Shown here piece by piece: positions 55,410-64,000 of a stretch of 64,000 nt of DNA (the stretch's first letter is position 1; every line of letters starts with the position of its first letter). Under the pieces are notes generated by a model. That model made no database searches and was not told the origin of the DNA. It was given only the letters and a program-made list of their open reading frames with translations. Location of the stretch: positions 32,001 through 96,000 of IMG/VR virus record IMGVR_UViG_3300020577_004280; one strand, given 5' to 3'. This stretch comes from a virus (Duplodnaviria > Caudoviricetes). A program made the position numbers and the translations under genes.

Positions 55410-58217
55410 ATGTCAAAAACAAAAATTCTAGCATGTACAGAAGCGACCTATCTATCTAGCGGTTATGCTAAATATTATAACGCTTTACTAAACTATCTTC
55501 ATAGTACGGGTGAGTTTGAGATTTGCGAACTAGCTTCGTGGGGTGATAATGCTGACCCACGTTCACACACTATACCTTGGAAATTTGTAGGCAATTTACC
55601 TTTTGGCGCAACATTTAATCAAGCTGACCCAAAAGAAATTCAGGCTTATGAATCAAATCCATATAACAAGTTTGGTGCGTTTAAGTTTGAGAAAACCGTT
55701 CTGGATTTTAAACCAGACCACGTTTGTGTACCGCCAGACTCTTTAGTATTTACCTCAGACGGTTATAAAGAAATACAAAATGTAAAAGTCGGAGACCAAG
55801 TTTTAACACATCTTGGTAGATTTAAACGTGTAATTTCTACTATGAAAAGACAATATAGTGGCAATATACGTAAAATATTTACTTACGGAAATGAATCACC
55901 GTTAGTTTGCACAGAGAATCACCCTGTATATAATTTCAAGTATACAAAAAGAAGTCATAATAAACGTAACAATTCATCAGTCTATTCATGTCAGCAGCCA
56001 GTATTTACCGAAGCTGATAAAATAAAAATAGGAGATTTAACATGTTTTCCTATTTTAACACAAAATAATCAAATATATCATACTATTAACGTATATGATT
56101 ATTTAGATAACGGTTATGTTGAAAATAATGAAGTTTCAACTAGTTTGCGTAGTAACAAAATTAATAATACAATCAAAATTGATAAAAATTTTGGTAGATT
56201 AATTGGATATATAATAGGAGATGGGTATATTGGCCCACATAGTGTGAATATCACATTTCATGGCGATGAAGATAGATTTGCAAAAGACGCAATAAAATTG
56301 TTTAAAGATATTTTTAATATTGATAGCAAAATTAGAAGTTGTGTACCTGATGGCAAAAATTGTATCACTGTCAGCGCGAATTCTATAGTCTTGAAAGAGT
56401 TTTTAAGTAAATTTATAGTTCATCACGATATTCCAAAAGTCTTTTGGATGTCTCCAGATGACGTAAAAGAAGGGTTAATCTGTGGTCTAACGCGTGCAGA
56501 CGGGTGTTATAAAAAAAATACAGTTAGTTTTGCGTCAATTGATAAAAAATTGGCTTATAATTATAAACAATTGTGCGTCCAATTAGGAATTCCAGTTAAT
56601 ATTACTAAAACAAAGAAAAAAACAGAAACTAATAATTTAAACGATTACTATGAAGTAAATGGATACGGGTCTTCAGCAACTACTTTACATACGATAGTTG
56701 ATAAGTATACTCCAGACTTATTGACACCATACGCTAATTCAAAGAGACCAAATCGTAAAACACAAATTATTAAGCATTGTATGACAACCGCTGTGCGAAT
56801 TAATAGGATAGATAAATATAAGGGTACAGTATATAATTTAGAAGTGGAAGATGATAATTCCTATGTTGTAGACAATTTCTGTGTACACAATTGTGACGTT
56901 AGAGACATTTGGCATTCACAACACGCCATTTCATCCCCTCTACGGCCATACTATAATCTTATCTTAATGCCAGCGATTGATGCCGAACCTCAAAAAGACG
57001 AGTGGGTATCACATTATAAAAGTGCCGACGCAATCATTACTTATACCGATTGGGCCAAAGATATATTAAACAAAATAAGTGGTTCTACTATTAAAACCAC
57101 TGTTTCAGCTTCACCTGTTTGCGATACATGTTTTACACCAGTGCTAGATAAAGCCAAACATAAACAAATGATGGGTTTTTCGCCTGAAATGAAGGTAATT
57201 GGTACAGTAATGCGTAACCAAAGAAGAAAATTATTTCCGGCATTAATCGAAACGTTTGAACGATACATTATAGATAATAATATCAATGACACCTATTTAT
57301 ACTGTCACACATCTTATCCAGATGATGGGTTCGATTTTCCGTCATTAATCAAATCATCAAAAATAGGTCATAAGATGATTTTTACTTACGTTTGTCGCAA
57401 ATGTGGCAATGTATCTCCTGGATTTTTCAAAGACGCCAAAACTGTTTGTACAAGATGTAATCATCTAGCTATGGGTATGCCAAATACCACTGTATCAGTA
57501 TCCAACGAAGTTTTATCACAAATATACAATTCTTTCGATATTTATGTACAATATGCTAGTCTTGAAGGATTCGGAATGCCTGTAGTAGAAGCCGCCGCAT
57601 GCGGTGTTCCTGTTATGGCGACTGATTATTCAGCTATGTCAGAAGTAGTAAGAAAATTATCTGGCATACCTTTAAAAGTAAAATATTTTAATACTGAAAT
57701 GGAAAGTGGCAGAAGATGGGCTTATCCAGACAATGATTACTTTATAGATAAGCTTAAAGAATTTTTTAACGCTAGTGAATCTAATATCAGGGCTTTATCC
57801 GCAATCACTAGACAGCGTTTTGAACAACACTATAATAATTGGGGAACAGTTGGTAGAAAATGGTATGATGTTATAAAGTTATTACCAAACAAAAATTTAT
57901 GGGATGCTCCACCTAATATAAATTATCCTCCAGCTTTTGATGAAAAACCATATATTTCCAATACTGATTATGCTAAATGGTTAATTTGTGATGTATTAGG
58001 AAGACCAGAATTTATGGGCACTAATATGGAATTAAGATTAATCAGAGACCTTAATTTTAATGCTACAAATTATGGTATGGGTGGTATGTATTATAATGAA
58101 GAAAGCTGCGAAGTAATAAATTCTAAGATAGAAGATTTTGACCGCAGTAAGGCATACCATCATATGTTGGGTTTATGTGAACATAAAAATACTCTTGAAA
58201 GATTAAGAACACAATGA
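55410..58217 (+). CDS. GT4-type glycosyltransferase with intein and Zn-ribbon insert
   Basis: SGY, RNQRRK, CRKC..CTRC, EGFGMPVVEAAACG. Confidence 0.85.
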   Translation: MSKTKILACTEATYLSSGYAKYYNALLNYLHSTGEFEICELASWGDNADPRSHTIPWKFVGNLPFGATFNQADPKEIQAYESNPYNKFGAFKFEKTVLDFKPDHVCVPPDSLVFTSDGYKEIQNVKVGDQVLTHLGRFKRVISTMKRQYSGNIRKIFTYGNESPLVCTENHPVYNFKYTKRSHNKRNNSSVYSCQQPVFTEADKIKIGDLTCFPILTQNNQIYHTINVYDYLDNGYVENNEVSTSLRSNKINNTIKIDKNFGRLIGYIIGDGYIGPHSVNITFHGDEDRFAKDAIKLFKDIFNIDSKIRSCVPDGKNCITVSANSIVLKEFLSKFIVHHDIPKVFWMSPDDVKEGLICGLTRADGCYKKNTVSFASIDKKLAYNYKQLCVQLGIPVNITKTKKKTETNNLNDYYEVNGYGSSATTLHTIVDKYTPDLLTPYANSKRPNRKTQIIKHCMTTAVRINRIDKYKGTVYNLEVEDDNSYVVDNFCVHNCDVRDIWHSQHAISSPLRPYYNLILMPAIDAEPQKDEWVSHYKSADAIITYTDWAKDILNKISGSTIKTTVSASPVCDTCFTPVLDKAKHKQMMGFSPEMKVIGTVMRNQRRKLFPALIETFERYIIDNNINDTYLYCHTSYPDDGFDFPSLIKSSKIGHKMIFTYVCRKCGNVSPGFFKDAKTVCTRCNHLAMGMPNTTVSVSNEVLSQIYNSFDIYVQYASLEGFGMPVVEAAACGVPVMATDYSAMSEVVRKLSGIPLKVKYFNTEMESGRRWAYPDNDYFIDKLKEFFNASESNIRALSAITRQRFEQHYNNWGTVGRKWYDVIKLLPNKNLWDAPPNINYPPAFDEKPYISNTDYAKWLICDVLGRPEFMGTNMELRLIRDLNFNATNYGMGGMYYNEESCEVINSKIEDFDRSKAYHHMLGLCEHKNTLERLRTQ
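55725..56891 (+). mobile_element. intein in glycosyltransferase (389 aa)
   Basis: V|CVPPDS...CTENHP...VYNLEV...VHN|C; IGYIIGDG, GLTRADG. Confidence 0.9.
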
Positions 58218-59317
58218 GAGTCTTATATATAAGTCATTTATTAGAACAAAGCGGGTGGGGTCAAGCTAGTAGAGATATTCTACAAGCTATGGATTCTGTC
58301 GGTATTGACGTAGTACCACGAATAGTTTACGCTAATAATCCAGCTTATAAACCGCAAGGTAGAATGTTAGCTTTACTACAGAAAAATAGTCAAAATTGTG
58401 ATGTAGTAATCCAGCATGTATTGCCGCACCTATTTCAATATAATGGAAACTTTAAAAAAAATATCGGTTTATACTACTCAGAAAGTAGTAATCTAAATTA
58501 CACACCATATTTTTCTTACCTAAATATGATGGATGAGTTGTGGGTACCATCTAAATTGATGGTGCGTCAAGCTAAAGAAAGTGGCGTAAAAACACCAATA
58601 TATCAAATACCTCACCCGTTTAACCAGATTGATACCAGCAAATACAATAAGCTACCAATAGCAGAATGTGAGATTGATGATTATGTGTTTTATTATTTAG
58701 GAGAAGCCAGTCGCAGGAAAAACTTAAGTGCTTTAATTAGAGCTTTTCATGCAGAGTTTTCATTTAATGAACCTGTGCAGTTAGTTATTAAAGCTAATAA
58801 ACCGGGAATGAGTAATATAGATTGCTCTAATTTTATCAACGAAATTTCTGCTGCTGCTAAAGAAAATTCAAAACTATACTATAATACAAATAAATTTAAA
58901 CAAGAAATTATTATCACTAGTGATATGACCGACGATAATATTAGAGAATTGCATAAAACATGCGATTGTTTAGTTGTACCTTCTAGTGGAGAAGCTATTA
59001 ACCTTCCGGCAATGGATGCCTTAAACTTTGGTAATATAGTGGTTGGTAATGCGATGACAGGTATTAGTGAGTTTATCAGACATACAGAAAATGGTTATTT
59101 AGTTGATGCTCATGAGAAAAAATGCTACGGTATGATTGAAGGATTTCAAGATATGTACTCCGCTCGCGAATCATGCTACGAAATAGATGAAATAGATTTG
59201 ATGAGGGGTATGAGATGGGCTTATAATAATAGAGATAAAAATACCACTACACTATCTCCTACTATAGAGGAAGTTGGTTTAATGATTAAGGAAAGATTAA
59301 ATGAATCAAGTAAGTAG
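58214..59317 (+). CDS. GT4 glycosyltransferase
   Basis: SGWG, RKN, EAINLPAMDA. Confidence 0.8.
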   Translation: MRVLYISHLLEQSGWGQASRDILQAMDSVGIDVVPRIVYANNPAYKPQGRMLALLQKNSQNCDVVIQHVLPHLFQYNGNFKKNIGLYYSESSNLNYTPYFSYLNMMDELWVPSKLMVRQAKESGVKTPIYQIPHPFNQIDTSKYNKLPIAECEIDDYVFYYLGEASRRKNLSALIRAFHAEFSFNEPVQLVIKANKPGMSNIDCSNFINEISAAAKENSKLYYNTNKFKQEIIITSDMTDDNIRELHKTCDCLVVPSSGEAINLPAMDALNFGNIVVGNAMTGISEFIRHTENGYLVDAHEKKCYGMIEGFQDMYSARESCYEIDEIDLMRGMRWAYNNRDKNTTTLSPTIEEVGLMIKERLNESSK

Positions 59318-60296
59318 TATATTAAGAGAAGCTACAAGAAATAAATTAGATAGACTTAATATTATCACCGCTCCAACCCACGAAACCTATTCCACTAATA
59401 TGAGCGGAGTAAACGCAGATTTCTATATGTTTCAACATCCATCATTTAAAAAATGGAATAATTCTTTCCGTGGTATGCCAAAAAATCACAGATTGTTAGA
59501 TGAAAGATTAGAATTAAAGCAACTCCCACAATATATAGATTATGATGTAGTATTAAGTCAAAATAAGTTTGGTCAATATGATGTGTTATCACAGATTGCC
59601 AAACACTACGGACTCCCATTAATCAGTCTTGAACATACTCTACCAATGGCTGAATGGCCACCTGCTCAAATGCAGAGAATGAAAAGTATGCAGGGTGATA
59701 TCAATCTATTTATTTCAGAATACAGTAAGAATAAATGGGGATTTGATGATGTCCCAAACACATACGTTATACATCACGGCGTAGATTCTGATACCTTTTG
59801 TCCGGGAAACAAAGAACGTTTACCTAGAATTTTATCAGTTGTAAATGATTGGATTAATAGAGATTGGTGTTGTGGGTTTAGTATTTGGCAAAGAGTAACA
59901 CAAGGATTACCTGTATTTCCAATTGGAGACACAAAAGGATTCTCAAGACAGTCAAATAGTACAGAAGAATTAGTTGATTTTTATCAAACATCACAAATTT
60001 TTATTAACACGTCAACTGTTAGTCCAATCCCATGTGCTTTACTCGAAGGTATGTCAACAGGTTGCGCATGTTTATCTACAGCTACTTGTATGATACCAGA
60101 AATTATACAACACGGCTATAACGGTTTTATTACCAATGATGAAAAAGAAATGCGTAACTATCTAGAGTTACTACTTAATGACGAGAAGTTAAGAAATGAA
60201 CTTGGACAAAACGCAAGAAAAACCATAGTCGAAAAATTCTCTTTGGAAAAATTTACTGAAAACTGGGATAACTTTTTAAGAATGGTGATTAAGTGA
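59301..60296 (+). CDS. GT4 glycosyltransferase
   Basis: HGVD, ALLEGM, HGYNG, ARKTIVEKF. Confidence 0.85.
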   Translation: MNQVSSILREATRNKLDRLNIITAPTHETYSTNMSGVNADFYMFQHPSFKKWNNSFRGMPKNHRLLDERLELKQLPQYIDYDVVLSQNKFGQYDVLSQIAKHYGLPLISLEHTLPMAEWPPAQMQRMKSMQGDINLFISEYSKNKWGFDDVPNTYVIHHGVDSDTFCPGNKERLPRILSVVNDWINRDWCCGFSIWQRVTQGLPVFPIGDTKGFSRQSNSTEELVDFYQTSQIFINTSTVSPIPCALLEGMSTGCACLSTATCMIPEIIQHGYNGFITNDEKEMRNYLELLLNDEKLRNELGQNARKTIVEKFSLEKFTENWDNFLRMVIK

Positions 60297-60739
60297 AAGC
60301 ATTTATAACAATATCAGAGCCAGCTATAGAAGGCTATACATACATCTCACCTTTATTGGGACATTATTTAAATGATATATCAAATTTGGTAGAGAATAAT
60401 GAATGTACAGAAATTTTAGCCCCGTCAATTATTAATTACTTACCATTCAACCAATTACAACAAACTATATCTAATTGGGTTAGTAAGCTTAGACACGGCG
60501 GTAAAATTATTATTGGTGGATACGATATGTATGAAATAGCCAAAAGAATTGTACGGGGAGAGATAGAAACTGATTTAGCTAATGTCCTACTTTATGGACA
60601 ACAAATCAATGTATGGGATGTGCAAAGAAGTCAAATTACACTAACAGATTTAGTAGACTTAATGACGCATTTGGGATTAAAAGTAATTAAGAAAAAATTA
60701 GATGGAGTAGAAATGATAGTAGAGGCGGTGAGACCATAA
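60293..60739 (+). CDS. methyltransferase-like protein
   Basis: W..KLRHGGKIII motif; SAM motif I not evident. Confidence 0.45.
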   Translation: MKAFITISEPAIEGYTYISPLLGHYLNDISNLVENNECTEILAPSIINYLPFNQLQQTISNWVSKLRHGGKIIIGGYDMYEIAKRIVRGEIETDLANVLLYGQQINVWDVQRSQITLTDLVDLMTHLGLKVIKKKLDGVEMIVEAVRP

Positions 60740-61566
60740 TGTTTATTACACATTGTAGAGATTGTGCTTTTGCTGTATTTGCTAATAATAAACAAATCGG
60801 CTGTCAATACGATAGAATTGAAAAATTTAAAAATTTGGGAATGGAAGTAAAAGAAGTCACAGAAAATGATTTAACCTATTACTCTATTAATACCTTTTGT
60901 AATCATTGTGTAAATAAGGATGTGTGGGAAAAAACTGAAAATCGAGAAACCGCTTTATATAATTTTACAGCTATAAAAAATACATTTATTTTTATTGATG
61001 AACAAAATTCAGATTTTAGCCAAACTTACAATAAGTTATTAAGTTCATGCCATTCAGCTATATTTGCTGATATTAGACCAAAAAATATATTATATATTCT
61101 AACTAATGCTACAAGATTTAATAGTAAAGAAAATGAGTCATTACTTGACTTAATGAGGTCTATACTAAAAGATACAGGAATTGAATTCTCTATATCATAC
61201 CCACTTGAGGGCGATACGTGGAATGAATATTTATACCAAATTAAAGGAAAAATCAAAACTGATTATTTTTCAGTATTTGAATCTGGAGAGAAAATTTCGC
61301 CATACTTTAATACCCACTTAAATAATATACTTAATATTGATGTAATTAGTTTTATTGTAGTTTCAGCGGAAAAGAGCGGGTGGACAATTAATAGAAAATT
61401 CTTAGAAATCTTTGGTTGGCACAACCCTGTGTTCTGTGGACAAGCAATACTGGATGAAGTAGAATCTAACGAATATCAAAGCGAATTAGTTAAAAAATTA
61501 GTTATAAACGGGAAAGATATAGATTTTTATGCAAAACCCACCATTAGTGACCATCGTAATAGCTAA
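60739..61566 (+). CDS. hypothetical protein in glycosylation cluster
   Basis: N-terminal CxxC; ORF. Confidence 0.6.
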   Translation: MFITHCRDCAFAVFANNKQIGCQYDRIEKFKNLGMEVKEVTENDLTYYSINTFCNHCVNKDVWEKTENRETALYNFTAIKNTFIFIDEQNSDFSQTYNKLLSSCHSAIFADIRPKNILYILTNATRFNSKENESLLDLMRSILKDTGIEFSISYPLEGDTWNEYLYQIKGKIKTDYFSVFESGEKISPYFNTHLNNILNIDVISFIVVSAEKSGWTINRKFLEIFGWHNPVFCGQAILDEVESNEYQSELVKKLVINGKDIDFYAKPTISDHRNS

Positions 61567-62323
61567 TAATAATTATGGTGATTATATCAATGATGCTATT
61601 ACAAGTGCGTTAGAACAGTCTTACCCAAATATTAATTTGGTAATTGTTGATGATTGTTCTACAGATGATTCTTGGCAAAAGATACACGAATTAATCTTTA
61701 AAAAGAGTCAACATAGCAAAGATACTCAAAAACTTTTTGAGAAAAAAGAATGTAATATAAGCCGCTCTAATTATAATACTAAAATCACGGCTTTTAGATT
61801 AAATCAACAACTTGGTCCTAGCGAAGCTAGAAATTTAGCTATTGAGTATTCAATTAATATTACAGATTACTATGCAATACTAGATGCTGACGATTATTAT
61901 TATAAAGACAAGATTATAGAATTAATAAATGTAGCTATACAATCAGAACAAATTGGTGTAGTTTATGGAGATTATGATATATATAATGTGGATACTAAAG
62001 TAAAAAACAGAGAATATAAAGAACCGTATTCTCTTAGAAGACTACAACAAGAATGCATAGTTCATAGCGGTGCTTTAATTAAAGCTAGTGTTTTAACAGA
62101 AGTAAAAGAAAATACTGGTTACTATGATGCTAACCTAAGATGTGCCGAAGATTACGATTTATGGCTAAGAATTAGCGAAAAATATATAATAATACATGTA
62201 CCAAAATCATTATCATTGGTGCGTACTCACCAGAACAACTCTACAAACAGCGTTAAAAAAGAAATTTGGGAACGTTGTTGGAATATGGTTGCTCAAAAAT
62301 TCAAAGAACGGAACAATGTCTAA
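61529..62323 (+). CDS. GT2 glycosyltransferase
   Basis: VDDCSTD, ARN, LDADD, EDYDLWLR. Confidence 0.92.
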   Translation: MQNPPLVTIVIANNNYGDYINDAITSALEQSYPNINLVIVDDCSTDDSWQKIHELIFKKSQHSKDTQKLFEKKECNISRSNYNTKITAFRLNQQLGPSEARNLAIEYSINITDYYAILDADDYYYKDKIIELINVAIQSEQIGVVYGDYDIYNVDTKVKNREYKEPYSLRRLQQECIVHSGALIKASVLTEVKENTGYYDANLRCAEDYDLWLRISEKYIIIHVPKSLSLVRTHQNNSTNSVKKEIWERCWNMVAQKFKERNNV

Positions 62324-63032
62324 TAATACAAAATGTATCCATTCAATCAAGAAAACCGGAGTCGGTAAGGATAAAGATAAAAAGCTAAGTATAGTTTTAC
62401 TTAATGCTTTATGCGCTCATCGTATGAAATCTTTTGGTCCAAGATGTTTATTAAAACTGAACACCGGGGAAAACCTCATAGACAGCCAGTTAAAAATTCT
62501 CAAGGAATGTTACCCAAACTCAGAGATTATCATCACTGTTGGCTTTGATAGTGAGCGTATTATCAAGAAAAAGATACCAAATGTCAGATTTGTAGAAAAT
62601 CAATTGCATGAAAATACTAATATTGGTGAAGAAATAAGATTGGGTGTGCATAACTGCGAAACTAACAATATTCTCTTGATACAAGGCGAAACAGTTTTTA
62701 CTCATACTATTATTGATAATATTACTAAACAAGGGTCATGTATAGTTTGTGTAGATAATATAAATAATGATGAAGATGATGTTGGAGCTACGATAGTAAA
62801 TGATAATCTGACAATTTTAGCACATGGTTTACAACCTAAATTTGGTGGAATTGCGTTTATTACAGACCCAGAAATTACATATTTTAAACACCACGTGTGT
62901 ATAAAAGAAAACTCTAATATGTATTTCTTTGAATTAATTAATTTATTAGCAGCTAGATTTCATAAAATTAAAGCTATACAGCAACCAGAAGAAAAAATTA
63001 TTAGAATTGAATCTATCAAGGATATTAGATAA
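62316..63032 (+). CDS. nucleotidyltransferase-like (LicC/MobA-like, divergent)
   Basis: RMKSFGPRCLL, VGF, VEN...TN; start moved from 62196. Confidence 0.65.
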   Translation: MSNNTKCIHSIKKTGVGKDKDKKLSIVLLNALCAHRMKSFGPRCLLKLNTGENLIDSQLKILKECYPNSEIIITVGFDSERIIKKKIPNVRFVENQLHENTNIGEEIRLGVHNCETNNILLIQGETVFTHTIIDNITKQGSCIVCVDNINNDEDDVGATIVNDNLTILAHGLQPKFGGIAFITDPEITYFKHHVCIKENSNMYFFELINLLAARFHKIKAIQQPEEKIIRIESIKDIR

Positions 63033-63035
63033 AAC

Positions 63036-64000
63036 ATGAAAATCATTATCAGTAACGAAAATAAAAATGCCCACTATTATATCAGAATGGGTTTTGCAAA
63101 AGCTCTGTCTGCTTGTGGTCATGAAGTATTATTATGGGATTTAAACGAAAAAAGCGTGTTTGATGCGTTTGATGAACATCCTGATATGAATGTCTTGGTT
63201 ACTCAAACTTATAATGTGAATAAAGCTATGTATAAATGCCTTAAAGAAAGACCCTGGATAAAAGTAACAATGAAAGGGTCTGATTGGGGTATCGCTCAAG
63301 AAAACATGGATTTAAATAGATATCCCATTTTAGTTGCCAATCCAAGAGAAATAGAAACTATTCTAAAACTACATGACGAAACAGGTAAACCTGATTTTAT
63401 CGATATACATTACCATCAATCATCTGTGGAACAAACCCACTCTAAATGGATTGAAAAAGGTATAAAATGTGTTGGATTAATGAGCGGCGCCGATATTTCA
63501 GATTACCACGGCGGAAAAATAAAAGAAGAGTTAAAATGCGATATAGGATATATCGGAGGTTATTGGCCATATAAATCTCATACGTTAAACTCATATCTTA
63601 TTCCTTTATGTCAACCACAATATAATTATAGAATTAAAATTTTTGGAAATCAAAGTTGGGGAGTACCACAATATTGCGGGATGCTACCAACTGAAGAAGC
63701 TAAGAATCTATTTGTTTCAGCAAGTATATGTCCAAATATTAGTGAACCACACTCTCAAGTATATGGACATGATATAGTAGAACGACCGTTTAAACTACTA
63801 TCTGCTGGAGCTTTTATGATTACAGATTATGTCAAAAGCATGCAAGATAATGTTTTTGGTGATAATGTTGTTTATGCAAATTCTCCAGAAGATTTTAAAG
63901 AAAAAATTGATTTTTACTTGAAAAATCCAGAAAAACGATTAGACTATATTAGCCGTGGATACAATCATGTGATGAATAATCATACATATTTTCATCGAGC
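63036..64000 (+). CDS. CgeB/YkvP-like glycosyltransferase (truncated by window end)
   Basis: Own translation: CDIGYIGG, PNISE, ERPFK...GAF.ITD, HTYFHR; open to window end. Confidence 0.75.
   Translation, partial: MKIIISNENKNAHYYIRMGFAKALSACGHEVLLWDLNEKSVFDAFDEHPDMNVLVTQTYNVNKAMYKCLKERPWIKVTMKGSDWGIAQENMDLNRYPILVANPREIETILKLHDETGKPDFIDIHYHQSSVEQTHSKWIEKGIKCVGLMSGADISDYHGGKIKEELKCDIGYIGGYWPYKSHTLNSYLIPLCQPQYNYRIKIFGNQSWGVPQYCGMLPTEEAKNLFVSASICPNISEPHSQVYGHDIVERPFKLLSAGAFMITDYVKSMQDNVFGDNVVYANSPEDFKEKIDFYLKNPEKRLDYISRGYNHVMNNHTYFHR

Noticed and set aside
1-64000. Host assignment
   Set aside because: No diagnostic marker can be verified without database searches

Overview
AT-rich fragment of a large (jumbo-type) tailed-phage genome; almost all genes are on the + strand, standard genetic code. 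(i) 1-4.1 kb: envelope-associated module (lipoproteins, papain-like C1 peptidase, thioredoxin-like lipoprotein) with a free-standing LAGLIDADG endonuclease. (ii) 4.1-22.3 kb: RNA-rich region with about 18 tRNA genes (no encoded CCA; several atypical), a compact tmRNA, homing endonucleases, a 2H phosphoesterase-like gene, and a Ro60/TROVE gene surrounded by at least seven Y-RNA-like elements in four topologies. It ends with a 244-aa protein followed by a ~350-nt structured RNA carrying two circularly permuted tRNA-like modules and a terminator, the best candidate for an undescribed protein-ncRNA system. (iii) 22.9-55.3 kb: nucleotide metabolism and replication (endonuclease-dCMP deaminase fusion, class II RNR with two inteins, one ending in Gly, MazG, PhoH, RecA, DnaB, DnaG, dNMP kinase, GuaC, exonuclease with a class 3 intein, DnaE split over two genes, UDG, DnaQ-like, SSB). 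(iv) 55.4-64 kb: glycosyltransferase cluster, the first gene intein-interrupted. All calls come from visual motif and base-pairing inspection; no searches or folding programs were run, and the host cannot be assigned from this window.
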